From Lingula anatina (Eukaryota > Animalia > Brachiopoda): DNA of 64,000 nucleotides. The position numbers were made by a program, and so were the translations under genes. The notes below the pieces were generated by a model that saw only the letters and a program-made list of their open reading frames with translations, ran no database searches and was not told where the DNA came from. Shown here piece after piece: positions 45,267-57,849 of the stretch (within the stretch, counting starts at the first letter, position 1; every line of letters starts with the position of its first letter). Where the stretch lies: the NCBI GenBank assembly GCA_051362555.1, contig CM120647.1, positions 2,666,001 to 2,730,000 on the forward strand. Reading direction: 5' to 3'.

Positions 45267-45414
45267 CAGGGCCGTAGCCTGAGCAAAATGCCAGGGGGGG
45301 CAGTAAGCGGACACGAGGGGGCGAAGCTACCGAGGGGGGAGGGTGTGGTGTGTAAAATTCCAAATTCCAGGGGGGGCAGCTGCCCCCCCTGCCCCCCCGG
45401 AGGCTACGGCCCTG
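45267..45414. mobile_element. GC-rich MITE with perfect 14-bp terminal inverted repeats (TIRs), inserted in the satellite
   Basis: TIRs CAGGGCCGTAGCCT / AGGCTACGGCCCTG. TSD GTGAC at 45262-45266 and 45415-45419 (an alternative reading is a 15-bp TIR with a TGA TSD). Empty site CATACAGTGACAATGCCATC at ~34071. Confidence 0.93.
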
Positions 45415-48400
45415 GTGACAATGCCATCATGCAGAGTAATAGTAATGATTACAAACAGAGTGACAAAACTGACATACACATTTGCTCATCAACATCAAAA
45501 GTAAAGTAACGACACCAACGTACATGGTGATCACAATAAATGGAATTGCAACAGTGACAACACAAATATGTACAGTAATTAATGATTACAAAGAAAAAAG
45601 AGGAGAAACAGAATAACACAGTGATCGTAATTATATGGAAACACAAACAGTAACAACACAAACAAACATAGTGATCAAAATAAATAAAAACATGTACATT
45701 GGCAACAGTAACTCGCACCGTAATGACAATGAACACAAGGAAAAAGAGTGAAAACATAGCCCTACACAGTCATCAGAATATATACAAACACATTTAGTAA
45801 CAATATAGAATAGACACAGAAAACAGAATATAAAACAAACACATAGACATACATTGACAAAAACATCATTTAGTGCACAGTACATAAACAGTAATGATTA
45901 CAAACAAAGAGTGACAAAACTGATGTACACAGTGCTCACAATGAATACAAGCACGTACAGTAACAACAAAAGAGTGAAAACATAGCCCTACACAGTCATT
46001 ACAATAAATACAAACACATTCAGTAACAATATAGAATAGAAACAGCATACAGAATACATATAACAGACACATAGACATACATTGACAACACCATCATTCA
46101 GCGCAATAGTAATGATAACAAACAAATAGAGTGACAAAACTGACGTACACAGTGCTTACAATATATACAAACATCAACAGTCATGACGCTAACATACTTG
46201 TTGATCACAATAAATAGAATTGCAACAATGACAGCACAAATATGTGCAGTAATGTAAATGATTACAAAGAAAAAAAGTACAAACAGACTTATACAGTGAT
46301 CAGATTTATATGCAGACACAAACAGTAACAACACAAACAAACACAGTGATCAATATAAATATAAACATGTACATTGATAACAGTAACTAGCACCATAATG
46401 ACAATGAACACAAGGAAAAAGAGTGAAAACATAGCCTTACACAGTCATCAGAATATATACAAACACATTTAGTAACAATATAAAATAGACACAGCAAACA
46501 GAATATAAACAGACACACAGATATAAAGTGACAACATCATAGTAATGATAATAAACAAATAGAGTGACAAAACCAACATACACAGTGATCACAATAAATA
46601 CAAACACCTACAGTGACAACAGCAACATGCACAGTAATGAAAATAATTACTAACACTGTCACAATACAGACATACACAGTGATCAGAAAAAAATTTGACA
46701 TGTACAGTGACAATAGTAACATTCACCATGATAATAATAAGAATGAAAACAAGCAAAAAGATTGAAAACATAGCCGCACACAGTCATCAAAATAATTACT
46801 AACAAACACAGTCACAATTAATACAGACATACACAGTGATCAGAAAAAAATTTGACATGTACAGTGACAACAGTAACATGCACAGTAATGAAAATAATTA
46901 CTAACAAACACTGTCACAATACAGACATACACAGTGATCAGAAAAAATTTTGACATGTACAGTGACAACAGTAACATGCACCATAATAAGAATAAACACA
47001 AGGAAAAAGATTGAAAACAAAGCCCCACACAGTCATCACAATTTGTACAAAGAACATTCAGTAACAATACAAAATAGGCACAGCAAACACAATTTAAACA
47101 GACACATAGACATACAGTGACAACCCCATCATGCAGAGTAATAGTAATGATTACAAACAGAGTGACAAAACTGACATACACATTCGCTCATCAACATCAA
47201 AAGTAAAGTAACGACACCAACGTACATGGTGATCACAATAAATAGAATTGCAACAGTGACAACACAAATATGTACAGTAATGTTAATGATTACAAAGAAA
47301 AAAAGAGGAGAAACCGAATAACACAATGATCATAATTATATGGAGACACAAACAGTAACAACACAAACAAACATATAGTGATCAAAATAAATAAAAACAT
47401 GTACATTGACAACTCGCACCGTAATGACAATGAACACAAGGAAAAAGAGTGAAAACATAGCCCTACACAGTCATCAGAATATATACAAACACATTTAGTA
47501 ACAATATAGAATAGACACAGAAAACAGAATATAAAACAAACACATAGAGATACATTGACAAAAACATCATTTAGTGCACAGTACATAAACAGTAATGATT
47601 ACAAACAAAGAGTGACAAAACTGATGTACACAGTGCTCACAATAAATACAAGCACGTACAGTAACAACAAAAGAGTGAAAACATAGCCCTATACAGTCAT
47701 TACAATATATACAAACACATTCAGTAACAATATAGAATAGAAACAGCATACAGAATACATATAACAGACATATAGACATACATTGACAACACCATCATTC
47801 AGCGCAATAGTAATGATAACAAACAAATAGAGTGACAAAACTGACGTACACAGTGCTCACAGTATATGCAAACATCAACAGTCATGACGCTAACATACTT
47901 GTTGATCACAATAAATAGAATTGTAACAATGACAGCACAAATATGTACAGTAATGTTAATGATTAAAAAGAAAAAAAAAGTACAAACAGACTTATACAGT
48001 GATCAGATTTATATGCAGACACAAACAGTAACAACACAAACAAACACAGTGATCAATATAAATATAAACATGTACATTGACAACAGTAACTAGCACCGAA
48101 ATGATAATGAACCCAATAAAAAAAGATTGAAAACATAGCCCAACACAGTCATTACAATAAATACAAACACATTCAGTAACAATACAGAATAGACACAGCA
48201 AACAGAATATAAACAGACACACAGATATACGGTGCCAACAACATCATAGTAATGATAATAAACAAATAGAGTGACAAAACCAACATACACAGTGATCACA
48301 ATAAGTACAAACACCTACAGTGACAACAGCAACATGCACAGTAATGAAAATAATTACTAACAAACACAGTCACAATACAGACATACACAGTGATCAGAAA

Positions 48401-50397
48401 AAAATTTGACATGTACAGTGACAATAGTAACGTTCACCATGATAATAATAAGAATGAACACAAGCAAAAAGATTGAAAACATAGCCGCACACAGTCATCA
48501 AAATAATTACTAACAAACACAGTCACAATACAGACATACACAGTGATCAGAAAAAAATTTCACATGTACAGTGACAATAGTAACGTGCACCATAATAAGA
48601 ATGAACACAAGCAAAAAGATTTAAAACCTAGCCGCATACAATCATCAAAATAATTACTAACAAACACAGTCACAATACAGATATACACAGTGATCAGAAA
48701 AAAATTTGACATGTACAGTTACAATAGTAACGTGCACCATAATAATAAGAATGAACACAAGCAAAAAGATTAAAAACATAGCCGCACTCAGTCAGCAAAA
48801 TAATTACTAACAAACAATAACAATACAAACATTTCACAGTGAAAAAATTTTGACATGTACAGTAACAACAATAACATGCACCATAATAAGAATAAACACA
48901 AGGAAAAAGATTAAAAACATAGCCGCACACAGTCAGCAAAATAATTACTAACAAACACGGTCACAATACAGATATACACAGTGATCAGAAAAAAATTTGA
49001 CATGTACAGTGACAACAGTAACATGCACCATAATAAGAATAAACACAAGGAAAAAGATTGAAAACAAAGCCCCACACAGTCATCACAATTTGTACAAAAA
49101 CATTCAGTAACAATACAAAATAGGCACAGCAAACACAATTTAAACAGACACATAGACATACAGTGACAACCCCATCATGCAGAGTAATAGTAATGATTAC
49201 AAACAGAGTGACAAAACTGACATACACATTCGCTCATCAACATCAAAAGTAAAGTAACGACACCAATGTACATGGTGATCACAATAAATGGAATTGCAAC
49301 AATGACAATACAAATATGTACAGTAATGTTAATGATTACAAAGAAAAAAGAGGAAAAACAGAATTACACAGTGATCATAATTATATGGAGACACAAACAG
49401 TAACAACACAAACAACAGTAACTCGCACCGAAATGACAATGAACGCAAGGAAAAAGAGTGAAAACATAGCCCTATACACTCATCAGAATATATACAAACA
49501 CATTTAGTAATAATATAGAATAGACACAGGAAACAGAATATATATAAACAAACACACAGACAAACATTGACAACACCATTATTCAGCGCAACAGTAATGA
49601 TTACAAACAAAAAGAGTGTCAAAACTGATGTACACAGTGCTCACAATAAATACTAGCACATACAGTAACAACACAAACATAAACAGTGATCAAAAACATA
49701 TTAACATGTATAGTGATAACAGTAACGTAACAATACAAAATAGACAAAGCAAACAGAATATAAACAGACACATAGACATACATGGACAACATCAACATTC
49801 AGCAAAATAGTAATGATTATAAACAAATAGAGTGACAAAACTGACATGCACAGTAATCAAAATCAATACAAACAGTGATCAAAATATATACAGATACATA
49901 TAGCAACAAAACACTTATATCAAGATCAAAATATATAGAAATACATAGAGTTATAACTCACTCTGGACATACTGTATTAAGTAATCGGCGCATATATTAT
50001 ATACAAATACAGTGTTAACATACAATGTACAGAGCAATCTATAAACACAATTATTAACACTGACAACAAAGCTAGACTGTACGCAGTGATCAGAATATGT
50101 GCAAACACATACAGCTAAACCAATAATATCATAATACCAATACTAGAATATCAATAGCAGATATACAGAATGTATGACAACACAGAATGTATACAGCGAT
50201 CAGAAAATAACAGACACATGAGCTTAAAGTGATAACACTAACATACACAGAAATCATAAGGATTACAAACAAACAGAGTGACAATACAGACTTGATAAGA
50301 ATATACAGAAAGACAAACAGTGACAATAGAAAATTTGCTCCGAAGAACAATTTTTCTTTTTTTCTAGTGTGTGTGCCCTAAATTATCCCTGATATGA

Positions 50398-50398
<1 letters not shown>

Positions 50399-50430
<32 letters not shown>
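50399..50430. repeat. Poly(A) tract, 32 nt
   Basis: Read directly from the sequence. Confidence 0.9.
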
Positions 50431-50433
<3 letters not shown>

Positions 50434-50841
50434 TTTTCTCAGCTTTCTTTCTCATAATATACAGCTACAAAACAGACTGGTGTGTCTGTGTCCCAGATTT
50501 AAGCTCTGTTTTAGACTGAGTTACCATGCCTAGATTGATTCATCTGGATAGGTCTAACTCCCAGGGGAGTCTCACTAAATTGCTCTCAACTTAATTGTCT
50601 GTCGCACCTACAAATCAGTTAGGGTAAAGATAATGTAATCCAATGCATAGGAATATTTTGACAGACTTTCTGAGATGATCACCTCCTTCTGTTACCCAGT
50701 ATATCATGGGTATGCAGATAAACAAACACATACAGTGTTAACGCAGAATATATGCTGCAATCAGGATAAATATAAACACAATTGCTAACAGTGACAACAA
50801 AGACTGTACACAATGATCATAATATATAGAAACAAATAATG

Positions 50842-51564
50842 ACAAGACAAACATAAGCAGCTCACCCCTAGGTACCACTTACCACACATACACATACACA
50901 CACACATTCACATACACACATCACTGCTCAATCCAAAGGTATTTAAAAATATAAATGTAAAAAAATCTACACTGTGAAAGGAATTTAGAATCAACCAACC
51001 CCCGGGGACAGCCCAACCCCCTGTTACACTAAAATTCAAAAGTGTCCATGCACATCTCTGATGATGGGTATATTAATCACCAAAGTTTCAACTTTCTACC
51101 TACAATGGTCTAGAAGAAAATAGCAGAAACTACACTGTGAAAGGAATTTAGAATCAACCAACCCCCGGGGACAGCCCAGCTCCCTGTTGCACTAAAATTC
51201 CAAAGTGTATATGCACATCCCTGATGATGGATCTTCCAATTCCCAAAGTTTCAATTTCCTATCCCTAACGGTCTAGGAGGAGATGGCAAAAATTACAATG
51301 TCATAAGAATTTTGAATCAACTACCCCCCCAGGGACAGCCCAACCCCCTGTGGCACTAAAATTCCAAAGTGCACATGCACATCCCTGAAGATGGGTCTAC
51401 CAATTCCCAAAAATTCAACTTCCTACCTGCAATAGTCTAGGAGGAGATAGCGGAAATTACTAAAACACAGACGCAAGAACGCCCTAATGCACAGACGCAC
51501 AGACGTACGGACGGGCGGGAGAACATGATCCCCGACTTTTATCCCAAGAGTGCGGGGATAATAA
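50842..51564 (+). mobile_element. Non-autonomous Helentron/HINE (DINE-1-like) element with three ~163-165-bp core repeats
   Basis: Core units start at ~50967, 51130 and 51293, each with an (A)AGTTTCAA-like box. They are followed by an ACAG/ACGG microsatellite-like tract, then the terminal hairpin ATCCCCGACT...AGTGCGGGGAT and AATAA. The 5' boundary is approximate. Confidence 0.72.
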
Positions 51565-51680
51565 GAATGTTAACAGTCACAAAAACTTATAGTGACAAAA
51601 TAAACATGTAAAGTAATCAAAAAGAATACGAACCAATAGAGTGACAAATCTGATTAACACAGTGATCAAAATAGAAAATG

Positions 51681-52771
51681 CATGGGTGTAACCAGGCATA
51701 CGCATGGATGCACTGTGCATACAATTTTCTAGGCCAACCATGATATCATTCTCTATAAATTTAGTGTATTTTTCACAGAATATAATCTAAAATCCCCTTC
51801 GATTGTAAGCCGACCCCCCCCCACCCCACCCCCCAATGGGCGTGAGGTTCGGGGCCCAAATTTTTTTGTAATTTAGAGGTACGTTTGATTCAGCTAGTCA
51901 AATTTTAATTTCATGAAGGGGCCATTGGTGTGATTTTTAATTTCAGAAATTGAAAGGAGGGATCATTCTCATCTCTTCAGCGGGAGATCAGTCGCGAACC
52001 GAGGGAATCGAGAAAGCAATTTTCATATTCGTTCAAGGGACTTCGTTCGCGGTATGTCGTCAGCCGGAGACCGTTACCGATCCGAACGAGAGACGAGAAG
52101 GCAACTTTCATATTCATTCAGTGGAGTGAGTCGGCGCGTCGGCGGGAGATCGTTTTCGATTATTTTTACCCCCCCCCCCCCCTTGAAATTTATTATTCTT
52201 TAATTTTTTTCATTTAATCCCCCCCCCTCCACGTCATGGCACTTGAAAAAGTAGGACGCATTGAAATTTCCGAGGAAATTACAGATGGCAATTTCGGACG
52301 GCCTGTACCTCAGTCCTAGAAAAAGTGTTGGTTCTTGGTGAAATAATATACTATACCTTAATTATATCGTGGTGAATATTTTAACTTTAAGTGATGATTT
52401 TATTTCTGGTGAAAAATAAGCTATTACATTTGGTACATATAATTTTAACTGTCCTTCATCTGTTGCGTAAGGGTGCATTCCCAGAGATTTAGATAGATCC
52501 AGAGATTTGGATTTAGAATGACCTAACTCCGGGGTGGTTCACGTTAAATTGCAGTCAGCCGAGCGCGCACCATAGTTAATTACTCCCTTACTGCTTTTAG
52601 TAGGCGGGACAAACGCTTAAGCCGGCTAAGCTGACAGTAATCTAGTGAGACTCCACACAGGGATAGATCGATCTAAAATCTATGGGAATGGGGTCTAAGT
52701 CTACATTTAGCTGTACCTGGGAATTATGAAAATTTGTGCGCACAATTTTAAAATGTCTGGTTACGCCCCTG
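51681..52771. mobile_element. Non-autonomous DNA transposon with CAGGGGCGTAACCAG-type TIRs and a 5-bp TSD
   Basis: TIRs CATGGGTGTAACCAG / CTGGTTACGCCCCTG (2 mismatches). TSD AAATG at 51676-51680 and 52772-52776. Removing the element restores a satellite-like monomer. Confidence 0.8.
52471..52695. mobile_element. PIF/Harbinger-like MITE nested inside the 51681-52771 element
   Basis: Imperfect ~30-bp TIRs GGGTGCATTCCCAGAGATTTAGATAGATC / GATCGATCTAAAATCTATGGGAATGGGGTC, with TAA on both sides. A related, decayed, inverted copy lies at ~50510-50640. Confidence 0.6.
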
Positions 52772-54528
52772 AAATGTACAGTTATATAGTTACACAACTA
52801 TCAGAATATGTTACACTGAAACAAACAGTGACAAAACAGAATGTACACATCAATCAGATTATACTTAACAACAATTGCTAACAGTGACAACAAAGACTGT
52901 ACACACTGATAAGAATAATAAAACAGAATAATTACCGTAATTGTCAACAGATCATGCCAATTTTTGAAAGCAACCTGCTTCTTTACCAAACAAAGCCAGT
53001 CAGTAAATTTAAACTGAAACAAACTTGCAGTTTGGCAGTAATGGGGTGAACGTGTTGAACAGTGTGTTGAACAGCAACAGTCAATTAAAGTGACTAAATT
53101 AACATACACAGTGATCAAAATATAACAAACATGTACAGTGACAACACAAACATATGCAAAGATCAAAATACATATAGAAACACATACAGTGACAATACAG
53201 ACATAGCAGTGATCAAAATAATTACAAACATTCTAGGAGAAATAATATGTATACAAGGTGATCTGAAAATAATATTTATCAGACACATACAGTGAAAATT
53301 TTGAAAGTACACAGCACTTAGAATAAAGACTGTAAGACAATTAACTTATAGTGAGAACACAGAATGAATACAAAGAGAATGAAAATACAGACATACACAG
53401 TAATCAGAATATTTTGGAAACACATACAGTGACAAAACAGACTTAAAGAAAGATCATATTAAATAGAAATTTATTCAGTTACAAGAGCAAGCAGAATAAA
53501 CAAAACTGCTAACAGTGACAACAAAGACTGTACACAGTGAATAAGTGCATACCCAGGGAAACCGCACACATGATCAGAATATAATATTTATCACACATGT
53601 ACAGTTACAACACAATGTACACAGAAATAAGAATATATGCAGACAGTAACAGCGTAGGCACACACAGTGATTGAAAAAAAAAAGGAACAAATACAGTGAC
53701 AACACATGCACAGTGATATGGATTTATTCATAGTACTTACAGAGATATACACAGTCATCAAAATTCATTTTAACACACACAAACAGTGACAACACAGATT
53801 TACAGTTATCAGAATATGTTCTACTTACAAAATCAAGGCACAGCTGAGAATGCATTCTGTACAAAAAGTCCAGGTGTAACCTGAATGGAAAGAAGATGGA
53901 AAGTAGACGGAATTGATTGGTAAAATCAAAATTCCAGTCATAAATAAGCAGGAGATAGAAAATTGCTTCTCATTCTTGCTCAGTTACGCCTGTAGTCCGG
54001 GCATAATTTTTCATTTTCCAGGCATTATTCAAAATTGAGGTTTAGCATTGGATTTATAGAAGCAGAATTTTCAAATTGAGATTTATTTCCGAGGCAATTT
54101 GTACTGCCTTGGAAACTTTCACAACTATGAGGCCAGCAGGAAGAAATGGCTGGAAAAAATTTATTCGTCCATTCTCCACACAATCCTCTCCTTTTTCAGC
54201 TTACAGTATTGTTTGTTATACCAAATTCATTTGCTAACTTGCCATTCTGTATAAATGACATTCTTGAAGACAACTCCTAAATTTAAATGTTAGGTTTTAG
54301 ATAATACATTTGTGTTTAATAAAATACATTCCCAGATGCAGTATAACAAATACCCAACATCAGTGGAACTCCAGGATAAAGAGGAACAGACTTGCTACCA
54401 TTTACATCTTCCTTATTTGCACTTTTCAGGCATTTTCAGTTCCAAAGAAGAATGTTCAAGGCAGTCTTTCAGCTATTGACTGAAGAAAATCCATTTGATG
54501 GTCATTTCCCTGTTCTATATACCTAAAT

Positions 54529-54696
54529 CAGGGGCGGATCCAGAGATATTTTCTGACAGTCTTCCAAATTATCTTTGTTGATCCATCCTCCATTTTTGAC
54601 CGTCTTCCAACAGAAAAAATTAGATACCTGTCAATGTAAACTTGAAAATCTGACCGTCTTCCGGAAGACCCTGAAGACGGCCTAAATCCGCCCCTG
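54529..54696. mobile_element. MITE with CAGGGGCGGAT TIRs and a 5-bp TSD
   Basis: TIRs CAGGGGCGGAT / ATCCGCCCCTG. TSD TAAAT at 54524-54528 and 54697-54701. Internal TGAC(A/C)GTCTTCC occurs three times. Confidence 0.88.
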
Positions 54697-54940
54697 TAAA
54701 TAAATATCACCAATTAGTTGTTATGCATATTTGTCTACAGGTATGCTCAATGCAGACCATCAAAGTTGTGTATTTTAACACCTAAGCTTAAAGCCATGAG
54801 TATCCTAGTGGTCTTTGGAAGGCTTGTTTTTGGTAAAAGGCATAGATCACCCTGGTTGGCACTATTTGTGTCCCATTATATGCTGATGACATTGAAGTTG
54901 AAGGCACGTTATAAACAGGCAGCTCATATTAAAGTGAATA

Positions 54941-55204
54941 CCCAGCGGGCAAATTATGTTGTTTCAACGTTGAAACAACATTGAACCATAACGTTGAGTA
55001 GACATCGAATAAACATTGGATTTGAAAGTTGTGTCAACCTCAGATAACAATGTTGTATCAACGTCAGAAAACAATGTTATATCAACCCCAACCAGCGGGA
55101 AATAAGCCTGGATGTGTTTAGCGGTAGGACATGTTTGATGGCTAAATAAATGTATGGCCTTTAAGTTAGAATTTCCAAGGTTTAGATTAATATATAGTTG
55201 TTCT

Positions 55205-55237
<33 letters not shown>

Positions 55238-55671
55238 CAAAGTCACAGTCACAACCTGTCTATTTATAACAGGTTACCAAGAACTGCTAACTCCATCACA
55301 TTTACAGTAACTTATTCATCCTAGTGTTAGCTGAGCTTGCGAGCAATTCAGTTTATTGGAATGTATTTCTGAATAACAAGTTAAGAAAATTCACTAGTTA
55401 ACTAAAAACACAAAACAACTGTCACTTTTACTTTAAAACCATTTTGTTATTATTTTGATAAATTTAGTTACAGTATTGATAAACAAAGTATCACGTTTTC
55501 AATAATTAATATTTTAAATTACAATCCATAACTGCAAGGTTGTGTCATTGACCAAAATACAACGTTGAGTCAACGTCACATTATGACGGTGTTTCGACGT
55601 GGCTGGATCAACGGCAATTCAACGTATCAACCTGTTTTCAACGTTGATCCAATGCAACTATGCCTGCTGGG
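54941..55671. mobile_element. Non-autonomous CACTA/EnSpm(CMC)-like element with a TA TSD and subterminal CAACGTTG repeats
   Basis: TIRs CCCAGCGGGCA / TGCCTGCTGGG, flanked by TA on both sides. (T)CAACGTTGA-like palindromes cluster at both ends. An internal (TA)n tract lies at ~55208-55236. Confidence 0.72.
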
Positions 55672-56381
55672 TAGTGTCAATGTTGTCATCAAACTTGGGT
55701 GACTGTATATAAAAATGATAACTACAAAAGCACCCTTTTCTCAATTTTCAGAATTATGTCAAGGCACTGATGTATAAGTTATGTAAAATTAAGAATTCTT
55801 TTGAAAACTATGAATGTGGTAGCAGTAGTCGCGATGGGGGATTCCCCCTTCCACAATTATTCCCGTTTTCCAAGTTTCATGGTTGTAGTATAAAACAATA
55901 ACAAATAAACATACAGATAAATAATTTATTGTTACAAAATTCAGTCCGGTATGGGCACACTATGAACAATGCACATAATTTCTATGGCAAATAATTACTG
56001 TGAAAAAATAAAGAACAATCTGATCACATACATATAATATTCTAGGAACACTGTTCAAACTGCAACAAACCAAATGCAACTGTATATGACAACAACATCA
56101 GTTCTCCAAAAAGTATTAACCTTCGACTTTCAAACATGTTCCTTGCGGCTCTTTTCTCAAATGTACTTAGTCTAGTAAATGTGTACTGCATGTGTGAGAT
56201 GTATCAATCATTTTCAATCTTATTCTTCCACACAACAGCCACTACATGTACATGTGTGCATTCCACAAATTTCAATAATTGTACAGTCTGCGCAGTAACA
56301 ATTTAGATAGCACTTACTGTGGACATCAACGGTCCATTGCTTAAAGACTTAATTAGGACCCAAAAAGAATAACACCCTTTA

Positions 56382-56766
56382 TACCACCGTCACACTAGAG
56401 GTAAAATGAGCAAGAATGCCGTCGGAAAGACAATTCTTTGTGCATTCCTGGATATTCGAAGAGCATTTTAAAAATTCCGAGTGCATTCCAAATATTTTAA
56501 CCCATTCTTGTGGCCGGCCCGACAGCATTATTGATATTCCTAGTTTTCCAACTACATTCGAGTTGCGTTTGAGAACTAATACAGCCCAAATGTGTAAGAA
56601 TCATTTCAGGCAGATTCAAGCGCAATCTGAGTATTCCAACGGCATTCTTACAAGAATTTAGGTCAATTTGAAATTTCTTCCCGAATATAGTACGGATTTT
56701 TTAATTTAGTCATTCCGGCTGGTTCTGCTTGATTCCTGCTGATTCCGAATAAGTGTGACGGGGGCT
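56382..56766. mobile_element. PIF/Harbinger-like MITE with a TTA TSD
   Basis: TIRs TACCACCGTCACACT / AGTGTGACGGGGGCT. TTA at 56379-56381 and 56767-56769. Many internal ATTC/GAAT motifs. Confidence 0.7.
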
Positions 56767-57849
56767 TTACCTGCTGTGACAATAGGAACCTTGCCTATAT
56801 CTGTATTATAGTATTTCATTTATCTTATAGTGCCAAGGAAATTTTCCCCACTGTATCAAGCTATCTATAACATCTGTACAGCATAAAACTGGCTGGAGTA
56901 TCCTCCATGCCAGGACATTAAAGGAAGCCTGCCATGCCCACAAAACTAGAAAATACATAAAATATCTTAAATTTGCATCTTCTCAATACAACTTTAAGTG
57001 TAAGTAATTGATTCCCTGAATATGAAATAGCTCCATGTGTATGGTATATACATGTACTCAAGTTCACTGATAAGAAAAAAAAGGAATTTATAAAAAGCTG
57101 CCTTCACTTATTTCATCACTGCATTTCTCCCAAATGTTTAATTCACTTCATACAAGTATACACATGTACAGTTTATTGTGATCAGATGTATCAATGTTGT
57201 GGTGATTAGTTACAACAATACAGAATTCAATGAACTCAAAATATGAAATAAAATGCAGGAAATTCTAATAAATATAATACGTTTATATATAATACAATGA
57301 ACGTGTACACATACAAGTACAATAACATGCAAGAAATTCTACTTATGCACACATTTCAATTTTTACATGAGACCTTCAAACTTAAGTACATGACTGCCAA
57401 GGCAAAATGAACTCATAATTTTGACACTTGCATATAATTATTATACAATATTATGTTTGGCCACTTGGATTCCACCATTTCTATCTACCATTATTTTTGT
57501 TCTCTTTGTGCTAGGTATGTTCCATGACCCATTTGTTGCAAATTACAATTGGGATCTCCAATGTAAATTTCAAATCTTTTTCATATATAGACAAAAACAT
57601 GATCTTATGGATGAAACTTGGTAAGTTGAAAGAATTATGTCATAACCTAGTATCACTTCCTGCAATTTGGTGTCATTAGGCCATAACTTAATAAATACAG
57701 ACTTTAAAATTCAATACACTGTGCCCATGTTAATATCAAAACTTTGAACTTGTTTTAAACATAGGCATAAGCTTTAAGAAATCAACAGGCTTCATTCTTG
57801 CCCAGTTACCCATTTACAGATTTTTAAAACCCAAATCCATCAATTAATG

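Larger units (their letters stand above)
1..49870. repeat. Large complex satellite array of diverged ~49-bp monomers, all in one orientation; continues beyond the left edge of the window
   Basis: The motif pair CACAGT(G/C/A)ATCA...ACAGT(G/A)ACAA recurs about every 49 bp. Near-identical multi-monomer modules recur throughout, and the same ORF-track peptides appear at many positions. The + strand is strongly A/C-rich and G-poor. Confidence 0.97.
49870..53820. repeat. Degenerate ~49-bp monomer halo (patches at ~49870-50335, 50715-50845, 51565-51680, 52772-53820), interrupted by transposons
   Basis: For example ACATACACAGTGATCAAAATATAACAAACATGTACAGTGACAACACAAAC at ~53102. The motifs match the main array but do not form near-identical modules. 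Confidence 0.8.

Noticed and set aside
44899-45509. Pro/Gly-rich ORFs (154 aa on the minus strand, 73 aa on the plus strand)
   Set aside because: These are chance read-through of the GC-rich MITE into satellite sequence.
5-49810. Hundreds of Cys/Val/Phe/Ile-rich minus-strand ORFs (up to 213 aa) resembling membrane or Cys-rich peptides
   Set aside because: They overlap in all three frames, the 49-bp monomer and frequent 1-bp indels do not preserve frame, and the composition follows directly from the TG-rich strand. These are satellite artefacts.
1-49870. CRISPR-like repeat-spacer array
   Set aside because: There is no invariant repeat with unique spacers. The intervening sequences are themselves repeated homologous monomers, there are no cas genes, and the context is eukaryotic.
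1-49870. Telomeric repeat or rDNA/tRNA array
   Set aside because: There are no TTAGGG or TTAGG tracts and no recognisable rRNA, tRNA or Pol III box sequence.
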